Below are positions 1 to 12,400 of a stretch of DNA of 64,000 bases, piece by piece. The DNA comes from Macrostomum lignano (taxonomy: Eukaryota): NCBI GenBank assembly GCA_002269645.1, contig NIVC01001280.1, positions 256,934 to 320,933 on the forward strand, written 5' to 3'. Numbering within the stretch: the stretch's first letter is position 1; every line of letters begins with the position of its first letter. The position numbers and the translations under genes were made by a program. The notes below the pieces were generated by a model. The model searched no databases. It was not told the DNA's origin and worked only from the letters and a program-made list of their open reading frames with translations.

Positions 1-885
1 CTGGGATCCACTTCAGCCTGACAGTATTGCTACTGGCCAGGAGGCTGAGCTGCTGGGTGCAGTCAGCGACTGTCCGGGAGTTCGTAGTGGTGTGTCAAAG
101 GGCCTGTTAGGCCGCCTGGCTGTCAGAGTGGATGACGATAGTCTCTCCTCTCGTACCCCTGGCTTTCAGCTCTGCGGGGCAGGAGCTGATAGCAAGGACT
201 TCGTTCTGGAAGACCGTGGAGAGTCTGCCAGTGTGCTGGGCATGCGTGGCAATGACGCGGTCGTTGATGATGATGCAGACCCCAAAGCCGGTGTGGCGGT
301 GTAACAATGGACCTCCTGGAAATTCCAGTGGTCAGTGGCAGCATCACATGAGGGGAGGGGATGGTGACCTTGTAGCGCTGAGGCTGAGAGTGCGGGTTCA
401 TCGTCAGACAAGATCGTGGAGCCCGCTGCCGTCTCTCAAGTCTTTGAGGCAGAAGTCGGCGTGAGGCCGGAGCTTGCGCTTAGCTATGGCCCTATGGGGC
501 AGGAAACAAATGCCAGCGTCATAAGGTGGGCAGTCTTAGCTGCTTCCTTAAAGACAAAGATGTCTAGCGCGCTGGGGAATGTTGAGGAAGGCGTTGAGGC
601 CATCGTATGGAGCAGACGGGGGGGGGGCGCTGATGATCATGCAGCATGCACGCTCTTGCGCTCTCCTGAGTGTTTCCAGGCAAGTCTTCATCTGAAAGGC
701 GCTAGACCAGATCAGGCCGCCGTACGAGGTAAGCAGGCCTAACCATTTCAATGTGTAGTGCAGTGTAGTGTAGTGTAGATTCACCAGAGGCGCTTGGGGT
801 GAGGCCCAAGGTGGTGCCGGCAGCCCTGCGCAGCTGCGCGAGGACTGCGAGGGCTCTCTTGGCTTTTGCTTGAACGTGGGGTGAC
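1..885 (-). mobile_element. Non-LTR retrotransposon relic (I/R1/LOA-like, RT C-terminus plus RNase H), 3' part
   Basis: Minus-strand peptides YGGLIWSSAFQMKTCLETLRRAQERACCMIIS (post-RT region) and STVFQNEVLAI...IVIHSDSQAA...VRLKWIP (RNase H motifs). Broken by frameshifts and a (TACAC)n expansion at ~755-780. Continues past the window start. Confidence 0.85.
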
Positions 886-3800
886 CATGGATGAATAATA
901 TAACTGAATCGCCAGAAGCTCGATTTTTTTGGTCCTAGCCATAGAGAAGCACCAGCATCACAAGAAGCTCAGAATGCCGTACTTTCACACATAGACAAAT
1001 AGCCGCTGCAGAAGCTGCAAACCTTTATTTATGAAGTATTCTATTGATATTTTATGTCCAAGCACATGCTCGCAATATATGCAGGGCGGCAAAAGATGGC
1101 TTCGCGAGATGAATAAGGACGTCAGAATTTGTGCTGCAATCGGATGCCTATCCAAAAGTGGACAAGGCACGAAACCTGTCACCCTTTTTTCTTATCCAAT
1201 CGGTGATCCGTATCGACTAGCGCAGTGGAACAGCAATGTGCAAGCAAAGCCACATTTCAAATTCGGAGCTCGTAAGTTCCTTTGTGAGCTGCACTTCGAA
1301 CAGCGAGACATGCAGGCTCATGGGAGGAGCAAGCGACTGATGACTGGCGCAGTTCCGAAGCTTGAGTGGACTAAGCTTGAACCGCTAGAGCTCACTGACT
1401 TCCACGATCCAAACTCTTATGCAAACGAAGCTACTGGAGACTGTGAGCTTGAGATGCCGATGCCTGTCAGTTGCAGCGCGGCAACCATACGCACATCAGT
1501 TGACCCACCACCAAACACCCGACAGCGCCTGTTGATGCGGCTGAAGCACAAGAAGCGCACGATTAAGACTTTTGGTCGACGCGTTGCAAAATGGAAAAGT
1601 ACCGAAGCGACCTTAAAACATGTAAAGCAAATGTTGACTTCTGAAGGTCTCAAGCTGTTTTCTTTACGACCACGAAATACCACAGGTGGTTTCAATAACC
1701 ACGTCAAAGACTTAGCCGAGAGGATCAACTTCTGCTCTCCAAAAGCATATCGAGAGTTGAGAAAATTCATGCACCTCCCTTCGCCGTCAACCTTGCGGTC
1801 TTGGATTGGAGCAGTGGATGGCAGGCCTTGCATTTCCATTGCTGGAGTCAAGAAGGTTGGAGCCCTATCGAAACAGATCTTCGATGGCGTCGCTTGCAAC
1901 GACTGGACTCTAGTCATTGATGGCATGCATCTTCGAAAGGAGTTGTGTTGGGAAGCTAGCGAAGGAAGAGTGGTCGGCTATTGTGACTCAGGGATCCATG
2001 AAAAATTAGGTCACAAACTTGCGTCTGAGGTAATCGTTGTCATGGCCTGCCATCTTCAGCGCCCGTGGAAAGTGCCAGTTGCGTACATTTTGGCCGCTGC
2101 AACATCCCCAGTTCAACAAGTGGAGCTTTTGACGCGTACTATTAGCGCACTGAACGATGAGGGCGTCGTTGTACGCGCGCTCGTGTCGGACGGTTGCTCT
2201 GCGAACCTTGCGACGTACAGGAAACTTGGAGCTGAGCTGCCGTCTAGTCCTTATTTCCGAATCGGTTTGCAACCAGATCGCATATTTGCATTCATTGACA
2301 ACAGTCATTTGATAAAGTTGGTGCGCAATTCGCTGGCCGATTTGGGAGTATTCGTTGTTCACGATCGCATCATCAACTGGCACTATCTGGAACTATTGCA
2401 CAATCTGCAAGAAGCTGAGGGGGTTCGAATCGGAAATCGGCTGACAAAGAAATGTATTGAATTGTGGCAGCGACACAAGATGAAGGTCTGCTTGGCTGCA
2501 CAGACAATCAGTTCGTCCGTCGCTGACGCTCTCACATTCCTAAAGGAGCTTGGAGTTTCGGATTTCCAAAATTTTGATGAAACGGTCCGCTTTATTGCAT
2601 TGATGGACCATCTGTTCGACATCTTCAACTCGAGATGAGCCGGTATATTAAACCAAAAAGCATAAAGACGCGCAATCATGGCCTTTAAATTTGCATCCGT
2701 TTTTTGCAGGACTCCGTCGGCGTCAGGCTGGAAAGGTCCCATTTGGAAGTCGCAAGCAAGCCTTTCGACGACATTCGCGTTTCTCGATGAGGCGCGCGAC
2801 TACATTCGCAGCCTCTACACGATTAATGGCGTACCGCTGATTGAGAGTCGGCGAAAAACATGGGCTGTAGGATATTGCAACAATATCACAGCCCTGAAGC
2901 TGTTACTTCATGACATTTTCTATCAGCCGTCTGATTGCCTTAAGTACCTCCTGACGTACCGTTTATGCCAAGACCCGCTGGAACACTTCTTTGGTGAGAT
3001 TCGTCAGAGAGGTGGTTTTAATAACAATCCGAACGTTCAGCAGTTCAGGTACGCTTATCGGGCGATTTTGGCGCACAGGACTGGATCTGTCGGGCACTGG
3101 TCCCTCTCGACACAGATTTCACCTCCGCCTGGACTCTCCACCTCTGCTTCTGCCAGTGTACAAGATGAAATCGAAGATCCACCGCAATTAGCACTCAGCC
3201 TCATTAGCCAGAATGTCGGCTGCTACATCGCTGGATTCATTGGCAGATGGTTTACAAACAGACTGTCTTGCGAAAACTGCAAGGCATCTCTTCATTGCGA
3301 GATGCACACCAACCTGCTTACTTACTCTCAAAGATCGCGGTCGTCTTTTTCGACCATCAGCATCACTTTGCCGACTGGCGAACATTTGCGAGTCGGCTGT
3401 GAAAGGAGTCAGAACTGACGAACTGTCTCTAGACATACTCGATCGTCTACTTCCAATCTGCATCCAACAGGGTATCGAGTTGTCACTCTTCGCTCACGTT
3501 TGCAGCAATGGAGCACCCGAAGAAAACCATCAATATTTTCTAGTGCAGGCGATTTCTAAGAAATATCTTTGCATTAGGTTGCGGCATGTACTTCGGAGGC
3601 TTAATGCTGTGAATACAACAACTGTGCGTCAGATGCTAAAAAAAAAATATTTTCATGGATCAGTGACTTCAAATTAGCATTGTGCGGGTGACGCCTTGAA
3701 TTTATTGTCTTTACTTGACGACTTATTTGTTTGCTTGCAACTCATTTGGCTGTTTGTTTTCGCCTTTTATTGTTTGTGCTGTGGGTTGAGCACAGCAAAC

Positions 3801-4315
3801 TTATTGCGAGCTTCACTTGTATTTTCGAGCTTAATTCAGTTCATTTTTGTCTATGGCTGTGTAGGCAGCTAACGGCTGCGTGAGCCAGTAAAGCTCGACT
3901 CTCTTAAACATAAGTAATAAATTTGAGAAAAGCTGAAAGCCCAAGAGCTCCAAAAGAACTTAACAATTCAAGAGCGGTCTTTGCGCATCACGGTCTCCAA
4001 AAGCATAATACGAAAAGTATAACAGTTTGTTTGTTTGCTGTCTGTCTACGTGCTTGTTTGCTTACTTGCCTACTTTCGTGTCTATTTTGTATTAATTCCT
4101 TTACATATTCGTTTTCTTCTTTGCTTGCCTTCACATTTGAAATATTTTCACTTATCCTACTAAGTATACTTATAAATAAAGGTTTGCAGCTTCTGCAGCG
4201 GCTATTTGTCTATGTGTGAAAGTACGGCATTCTGAGCTTCTTGTGATGCTGTTGCTTGTCTATGGCTAGGACCAAAAAAATCGAGGTTCTGGCCATCCCG
4301 TTATATTCATCCATG
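886..4315 (+). mobile_element. P-element superfamily DNA transposon (THAP transposase), near full length, 3430 bp
   Basis: Imperfect TIRs of ~150 bp (886-~1037 and ~4165-4315) begin CATGGATGAA. The 8-bp TSD GGGGTGAC is at 878-885 and 4316-4323. Removing the element restores the LINE frame (LDHRLNGSPHVQAK). Confidence 0.95.
1109..3677 (+). pseudogene. THAP-domain P-type transposase, two exons, disrupted
   Basis: THAP motifs CAAIGC, P..W, CELHF and GAVP. P-transposase motifs SPKAYRELR/LPSPSTLRSW, IDGM, VSDG, DNSHLIKLVRN and QDPLEHFFGEIRQRGGFNNNP. A predicted intron at 2635-2709 joins FNSR to TPSASGWKGP in frame but has an AT donor. Frameshifts near 3310 and in the poly-A at ~3640. Confidence 0.9.
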
Positions 4316-5170
4316 GGGGTGACCCGTTCAGCCTGTGGTCCAGCTAGGGTAATCCCTAGACAATTAGCCTGCTTGCAAAAGGGGATTTCCCTTCCGTAAA
4401 GCATGAGGGGCCGAATCTGTTCTTGGTCCTGCTGGTGAACATTATCGCTGCCGTCTTAGTCTCAGAGAGCTTGGACCACAACGATCCGCCCAGCGCTCAG
4501 CGGCGTAGATGAAATTCTAAAGAAGGTCCCTGAGGGTAACAGGGGACGGACTAGACGACACCGCGGTTAAATCGTCCGCATATCCTACTTTTAGAATGGG
4601 GTCCGGCCAAGAATTCTGAAGGAGCTCACCGATGACCATATTCCAGAGAACTGGGACAGCACCCCATCTTGCGGGCTACCTTTGCAGACGGGGACCGTCC
4701 TCTGGTAGCCCAGCAGACTGGCGGTGCCGTGCGATGGCTGATATGGCTGATCATGTACATGATCCACCTGGTGAGATTTGAGTACATTTGCCTCTCACAG
4801 AGGGCTCTTCGATAACGTCCTTTAGCTCTTCGAGGCGTTCCGAATTGGCGCCAATGGTGTCCAGGAAGATCCCCAGATGCGAAGTCAGTTCCAAGCACGG
4901 CCTTCTCTAGTTTATCGACCAGGACGTGCAGCGCACTTTCAGTGTAGCGACCCGCCTGAAATGCCTGCTGATTTTCGCTGAGGGTTTTGTTCTTAAGCTC
5001 CACAGAGAAGGCGCCAGAACACCGGTCTCTCCATCGGCTTGACCAGGGAGGAAGGAGATCAGGCTGATCGGTCTGAAAGATTTGATAGATAGTAGTCCGG
5101 GTGGCCTGGCTAAGGATGAAAATCACCTTTGCCTCGGTCCAAGCCTGTGGGGTTTTGTAAATTGGCACTT
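4316..5170 (-). mobile_element. Non-LTR retrotransposon relic, RT domain (5' part of the element at 1-885)
   Basis: Minus-strand peptides PQAWTEAKVIFI, LSENQQAFQAGRYTESALHVLVDKLEKA and LYGREIPFCKQANCLGITL. Multiple frameshifts. Left end is the P-element TSD; the 5170 boundary is approximate. Confidence 0.85.
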
Positions 5171-6344
5171 GGTCTCTTGTCTTGATAGACTCGTTGCAAA
5201 AACATTTAGTAGCACGTTCAAAGTTAATTACTGCAAACGCTAAAACACGGAAGTCCTAAAGTTTTCAAGGCTGGAAACTAATTCTGGTCGTCGTGACTTG
5301 TAAGGGACAAAAGGTGTGTTTCTTAAACGCGATGAATTATTTTTTTGTGAACCCGTGCATCCGGTGGTAAAAAAATTATCTTAGCTTTAACAAAAATAGA
5401 GCTATCTTATAGACCAAAGTTGACGAGCCATTTTTAAATTGATATAGAGACAGGCTTTCTGTTTATAGTATAAAAAGAGTCTTTGTTAAACTCTTTTAAT
5501 CATACATGCGTCATAAGTTTACATTTTGTTTTGTTTTTCCATGAACAGTGTACAAATAAACTAGCTTTGTTTTTTTAGAATGTTAGATCGATCATCATCA
5601 TTAGGGAAGGCGAATGGATGCTTGAAAAGTAAAAAAAAAATCGTGCTTAGTTAGGGCAAGCTGGCACGTTTGGCTTTGTTGCTGTGTCTTCAAAGAAGTA
5701 AAGCATGCATGCACTTTTTAAAGCTTTATCTAAAAAATTAGAAAATTAGAATGAACCAAATAAACTGAAATAATAGGCCTTATTCAGATATTAGTAGGCC
5801 TATCTTTATCTATAATATAATTATATTTAATAATAAACTTTTGTTTGTAAATTGTTTGCTTAGCCTAGGGCCTACAACACATATAGTATTATATAATAGT
5901 TATACTACTATAGGGCTAATCTACAATATTTTTATTGTGTTTTCATATTTTGTTTGGCATATAAAATTTGCCTAAAATAGTTGTAACATTACAGTTTAGT
6001 CCATATACTAAAAATTGTCTGTCCATAGATATGTGGGTAGGTAGGTATGTATATTATCAATTAAAAAAAACTGCTCAAACTTTGTAGAATAGAGTTAAAT
6101 ATGTAGAATCAAGAAAAAGTTTTATAAATTTAATTGAGTGACTCTGACCTTTTATACCCTAATAATGAATAGTTGACTATCATTGCCACACCATGGTTTC
6201 TTCTTTTTTAATTTGCCACATGCACTGAGCATTTGTCTCTTGCATTTTGATTTGTTACTACCTTTGCAATTATGTTCTATATTAATACCTTCTACTGAAT
6301 GATTTAATGATGTAAATAATCAAATATACTATAAATGTCTATAA

Positions 6345-6935
6345 TATTCCAGTTTGCACTGATAAAATCAATCTCTATAAAGAATCCCCTACCCATAAAC
6401 CCCTCATCCTATTCCATGCCCTAATATTTAGTCATTGGCCTTTTTGATAAAGTCTACCCCTTTTCACCTAAATCTGGAATTTATTAACACTTTCTTAAAT
6501 AGGTCTCTAGTCCTTTATTCAAGTTTATGTCGATAGAATCAACCCTCATCAAGGATCTCCACCCTAAAACACCCCATTTTCCATGTCTCAATATTTGGTC
6601 ATTGACCTTTTGGTAGGCCCTAGGGTCTACCCATCCCTTTCCCATGTCTGAAATTTATCAGCACTATCTTGAATAGGTCTCTATGCCTCTATTTAACTTT
6701 ATGTTGATAAAATCAACCCCTATAAAGAATCCTCTATCCTTAAAACCCTTATCTTATTCCCCATGCCCAAGTGTTTAGTCATTGACCTTTTGGAAACGTC
6801 TACCTTTCCATATAAGTCTAGAATTTATTATTACTATCTTGAATAGATCTCCATGCCTCTTTTCAAGTTTATGTTGATAAAATCAATCCCTATGAGGAAT
6901 CTCCCTATCCTAAAACCCCCTATTTCCTATGCCCT
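6345..6935. repeat. Degenerate tandem repeat, ~172-bp unit, ~3.4 copies
   Basis: The motif ATA(A/G)AATCAA(T/C)C(T/C)CT... recurs at ~6362, 6533, 6707 and 6878. Confidence 0.75.
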
Positions 6936-9413
6936 AATGGTTGGTTTTAAGCTATATATAGTTGGATTTAAGCTATCAAAAATGAAACTCAAATTTGAAA
7001 TCAGCACTATCAAAAACTTTTATAGAAAAAAATTGATCCTGTTAAAGTTGCAACTAATTTATCAATATAAACTTGAAGATGTCCCATTCTTTATTAAAAT
7101 CTATTATCTAAATAGATATAAACAACTTATTTTTGTATGTCGGAATTTAATACTTTATTAAAAATACTTTTTCATAGCTATATTTAAATTTTATTTTTTA
7201 TTGAACATCAACATAATTATATTTCATATCACATTTCAATTCAAATCATATTCTAATCATATTTATTTTAATCTTAAAGTCTTATTTAATTTAGTTAAAA
7301 TTATGCATTGACTTATAAACAAAAGCCCATGTAATATAGGCTTAGTATATAATTGATTGTTTATCTAATGCTGTTTAGTTTAGATTAAAATTATAAATAA
7401 AACTGATTATCCTAGTATTTTTTTTGGTCTAATATAGCATAAATTGATAAACTTTTCTTTGTAAAGCCCTTATGCTTAAAGGACTATCAATTAATCTATC
7501 AATAAATAATCCTTATTTTTTCATTTTTTTAAAAACTATAAAATTGTTAAATTCAGGACCAAAAATTAAAAATTAAACCTTACAATGATGATAAAATATA
7601 AAAATACATATAATTAGGCCTTCTCAAAAATTTAGTCATAGTTATTTTAGGCCTTAAATATAGACTAATGGTAAAATCTTCATTTTTACTATTAAGCGTT
7701 TTTAGATACTTGTCTCCCAGATAGCTATATATGATTGAATAGATAAGACTAGGGTTAGGATACTAGTCAAGGGAGCAAAGAGTACACAAGATAAACAGAA
7801 GACTCCCTAGTACTTTGATGAAAAGTAGAAACAGCTATTTACTCCATTGAGATGGTAATGATATAGCCTGTATTTCTGTTTTTTTTGCCTCAGTGAAAAG
7901 AGGCTTATAGCTCTTAAAAACTTTCAAAACCTTTCATAAAATAATGACAATCCTTAGCTGTTTGTTTGCCTTGAATGTATAATTGAACTATATCACTAAT
8001 GTCTAAAGCAGAAGTCTTAACAGATGATAATAGTAGTGGCCTTGGGCCAAGTGGAGATGTAGCATTTGTAAGCTATTCTAGTACTTCAAAAACAGTGGCA
8101 TGGACTAGAATAAGATACTCTGGGACTCAGGGATTCTAGTCTCTCCCTGTATACCAGTGGTATAGGTTGCCACATATATACCCAACCTCAAAATTTCTCC
8201 CATCCAGTATGACTTTGTTTTGTCCAGATTTGCAACTTAGTTCCTCCCAATTGCATTTCCCTGATTGAAATTTAATTTTCACTTTGTATATGACTTTTCT
8301 TGCCTTTTTCTCTTTTCTCTCTCTCTTTCTCTCTCCTCTTTCCCCTCTTTTTCTCTCTTCTCTTTCCCTTCTCTTTCTTCTCCTTCCTTTCTTTTCTCTT
8401 TCTCTTCTTTCTCCCAATTTTCATTTTTTGCATTTTCAATTTTGCGATTTACTTTGGCCAGCAGCCATTTCACCTGTCTGGCTCGGATAGGTTGGATGGG
8501 TGTTGGGCATGTATGGGTTGCCATTGTAGCAGTAATAGCATCATCAGTTGAAATAGACAGACAAGTCCTGGCATTGTGGTATTCTCTATGACTATGTGAT
8601 CAAGAATTAGTCTAGCTTTTGCTGCTTTGGTTGAAGTGAAGCCTTGCAGATGATACTAGTAGATGTCACCAGTCTCACCACTGACAGATTTTCATAAGTT
8701 GTAAGTCAAAAGTAAAAGCTGATGCTATGTTATATGTTTATGCTATATAAATGTATATAAATATAAAATTTTGAATTTAATAATAGTAATAACAATGAAT
8801 TGAGCAATCACAATTGGCCTGAGTAATACTAATATTAATATATAAAAATTTTTTATATTTAAATAGTTATTGTTTATTTAATTTATTTAAAATTAAATAA
8901 AGGAAAATTGTGTTAATTTACTGTTAGCTTTAGCTAAAGCTATATATGATATGACAACTTTGTATTGTAATACAATAGCTATATTATGCAAGAAGAATGA
9001 ATCATGATAAATATTGAATAAACATAAACATAGTGAGCTGGAAATTGAATAAGAATAAGCTATTATTAATTGTTAATGATGATAAATTACAGTAATAATA
9101 AACAAGAGAAGATACATAATTTACACACTAGAGAATAAAAATTTAGAAAAGTAGGCTACACTAGATAGATTGGATATTAGATTAGATTAGATATAAGTAG
9201 TTAATATTGTAACTTTTTGTGAGTCCATTTATTTAAATTATAACCATAGACAATTGCAAGAAAAATCACCAAGCCTAAGAGCCTAGGTAGAATTTAATTT
9301 AAAAACAGATAAACTGCCTTTTGGATTACTGTGAAGCATGCCTCTTATGTTGCAGCGAGTGCCAAATTTTAACTGCAACTAATAAATAAACCTTCTCACT
9401 CCAGTAAGCACAA

Positions 9414-12400
9414 ATGGCAGATGCAGCAGCAATTGCTCCAGTGGCTGGTGAGGCACCAGCAGCCGCCGCTGGCGACGCTCAACAGGGTGGGGAGCAGCAG
9501 CAACGGCCTAACGGTTGGGCCATGGTCAAAGGGTTCATTGTACGCATGCTCATTATCTACTTCATCAGCAGCTTGTTCCGGCGTGGCCAACAACCCCAGA
9601 CTGCACCTGGCGATCCATCCGCCCCAGCTTCGGCCGGCAGCGGCTTCCGGGTGCCCTGCCAAAACATTTTCCCAAAGAACAGCAAGCTGGACCTGTGGAT
9701 TTTCGTCAACGAGCAGCAGAACTTCACTCGGTTTAACGAGGCCTCAGATCTGTTCTGGCACCAGCCGGGCCTAGTGTACGGCGACTGGGAAAGCGGCGAG
9801 AATCGGGACGGGGTGTACTACAAGCACGGAAAGATCAAGGTGCCCGAGACTGTCATGAAAAACGGCAGTCTGTACATTCACACCTTTGTGGTGCGACCAG
9901 GCAACTCGCCCGATCCGAGCAGCCGTTATCACGACAAGCGCTACACAATGCACAGCGGCCGAATGCTTACCAAGTACAAGCGGAGGCGGGTGTCTAACAC
10001 CCAAAACCTTATTACGGGAAGCACCGAAGGTCCACTCGACAAGGAAGGACTGGCAGGTGGTACCACACACCTTCCGCCCAGTACTCACTGGCACCCAAAC
10101 CTCACCATCAGCCTCATTGATGATCACACACCGTGGACCCCCGGATCTCTGCCGCCTCCCCTTGATGAGTATGTGCAATTCCATCCTCCAACCAACGAGT
10201 ACTATCCTATTCTGTACTACAATGATTACTGGAATTTAAACTCTGACTACATGCCAGTGAATGACACAACGCCGCTTCTGAACCTAACAGTGACGTTTCA
10301 ACCATTGTCTCTCTTTCGCTGGCAGCTTTATGCAGCCCAGTCTATGCGCAATAAGTGGTACGGGGCTTTTCTTGGCGAGGATACATTCCAAGAGTCTGAT
10401 GAAGAGCAAGACACGTTGAAGAGAACCCTGGTCGAGACCAATCCCTACCTACTTGCCCTAACTGTGGTGGTGAGCCTTGTGCACTCTGTGTTTGAGTTTC
10501 TGGCTTTTAAAAATGACATCCAGTTCTGGCGCAGCCGACAGTCGCTCGAGGGTCTCAGCGTACGCAGCGTCTTTTTCAGCGTGTTTCAGTCCGTTGTGGT
10601 TCTGCTGTACGTGATGGATAATGAGACCAACTTTGTTGTGCGCGTATCGGTCTTTGTCGGCCTGCTGATCGAGCTGTGGAAGATCAAGAAAGTAGTAGAT
10701 ATACAGGTGGACTGGACCGCCAAGCTGCTGGGTCTGATTCCGCGGGTGCACATACGAGAGAAGTCCACCTATACTGAATCGCCAACAAAAAAATACGACC
10801 AGATGGCCTTCCGTTACCTCAGCTGGCTGCTGTTCCCCCTATTGGGGATGTACGCGGTTTATTCCCTGCTATACCAGGAGCATAAGAGCTGGTACTCTTG
10901 GGTGCTCAGCATGCTGTATGGATTCCTGCTCACGTTCGGCTTCATCATGATGACGCCACAGCTGTTTATAAATTACAAGATGAAGTCCGTAGCCCACCTG
11001 CCTTGGCGTATGCTCACCTACAAGGCACTCAACACCTTCATTGACGACATCTTCGCCTTCGTCATCCGCATGCCCACCCTTTACCGAATTGGCTGTCTTC
11101 GCGATGGTGCGTCATTATCTGTTATTATTTTTTGCTTTATGTATTCTGAGCACAGTGACAAGCGTTTTACTACTAATGCGCGTGTGGGATGCATTTTAAC
11201 GAGTTTATTATGGCAGATGTAGTGAAATGTAAAAAGTCAATAATCTAGTCAAAGAAATTAAAACAAAAGTTGATATCATTAACGCGTGGTGATGGGTCTA
11301 TGAAATTTGCTAGCAGGAAATCTGCTAGTCGAAGTTTGCTAGCGAGAAATTTGCTTGCCGAAGTCTGCTAGCCGAAATCTGCTAACCGAAATATGCTAGC
11401 CGAAGTCTGCTAACCGAAATCTGCTAGCCGAAGTTTGCTAGCGAGAAATTTGCTTGCCGAAATCTGCTAGCCGAAATCTGCTAGCCGAAGTTTGCTAGCG
11501 AGAAGTTTGCTAGCCGAAATCTGCTAGCCGAAGTTTGCCCGCCGAAGCTTGCTAGCAGGAATTTTGCTAAGCGAGGATTTTGCTAGCCGAGATTTGCTAG
11601 CAAGAATTTTGCTGGCCGAAAGTTGCTAGCAGGAATTTTGCTAGCGAGTATTTAGCTAGCCAAAATCTGCTAGCATCCTATTTGCTGACCGGTGTCGAAA
11701 GATTGCTTGTTTTCTGGCAATGGCAATGAATGGTTTTAGCTAAAAAAAATCCAGAGAAGTGGGTAAAAATCCCAAATATTTTATAACCAAAAGCATCAGC
11801 ATCAGTTCAAGTGCTTGGAAGATCAGTTTGTCATTGTGGGGGACAGAATGCTCTTAAGTCGCAGATAGCTCGTAGTAGGACGGTAGTTGAATTCATTACT
11901 AAACTGTCATGGCTAAACGTTAGCAGAGAAGGCTATAAAAAGTTATTCCAAAACAATGTACATTTGCTATGTACATTGAGCCCTATCACCTGATTCTTGG
12001 TCTGGGGGAATGAGTTGGATGAGTCCGATGAGCGGCACAATAGAAAAAGCAGACAAACTTCACATGCCTACACTTTCTGTCCTAATTGAGGTACAAAGTT
12101 GAGACTTTATATTTAGACAGATAATGAGTCAATGAAGAATTGTATCAATTTTAAAGTCAATCGCTGTACGTGGAGCAAACTTATGGCAGCTGAAAGTTAA
12201 TTAATTTTGAAGTACTTGTGCTTCTCCTGCTGTCTAGCACAGTGATTTGGGCTCTCCGTCTTCTCACTCGGAAGCCATCTTTACTCTCAGTAGCGTAGGT
12301 AGTGCTGCCACCAGTTCCTTCAGGTCTCTGCCTTCGGTGAGGTGAGCTTCCCGTCCGAACGAAATAACGAAGTCAACGAACTCAGCACCGGGTGCAGATT

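Noticed and set aside
1031-1108. Transposase start at ATG 1031
   Set aside because: It lies within the TIR and adds 26 residues before the THAP domain. ATG 1109 fits the usual N-terminal THAP position better.
2635-2709. U12-type (AT-AC) minor intron
   Set aside because: The donor ATGAGC does not match the U12 consensus ATATCCTT and the acceptor is AG. A mutated or miscalled GTGAG is more likely.
1417-2742. Antisense ORFs over the P transposase (and similar ones over CLPTM1, LANCL and the RTE)
   Set aside because: These are expected shadows of GC-rich coding sequence and have no motifs of their own.
8260-8420. Charged or Phe/Ser-rich small proteins
   Set aside because: They are translations of a CT/GA microsatellite-like tract.
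11107-11222. CLPTM1 ending at 11222 as in the ORF track
   Set aside because: This is read-through into the intron. The conserved C-terminus is encoded at 15444-15652.
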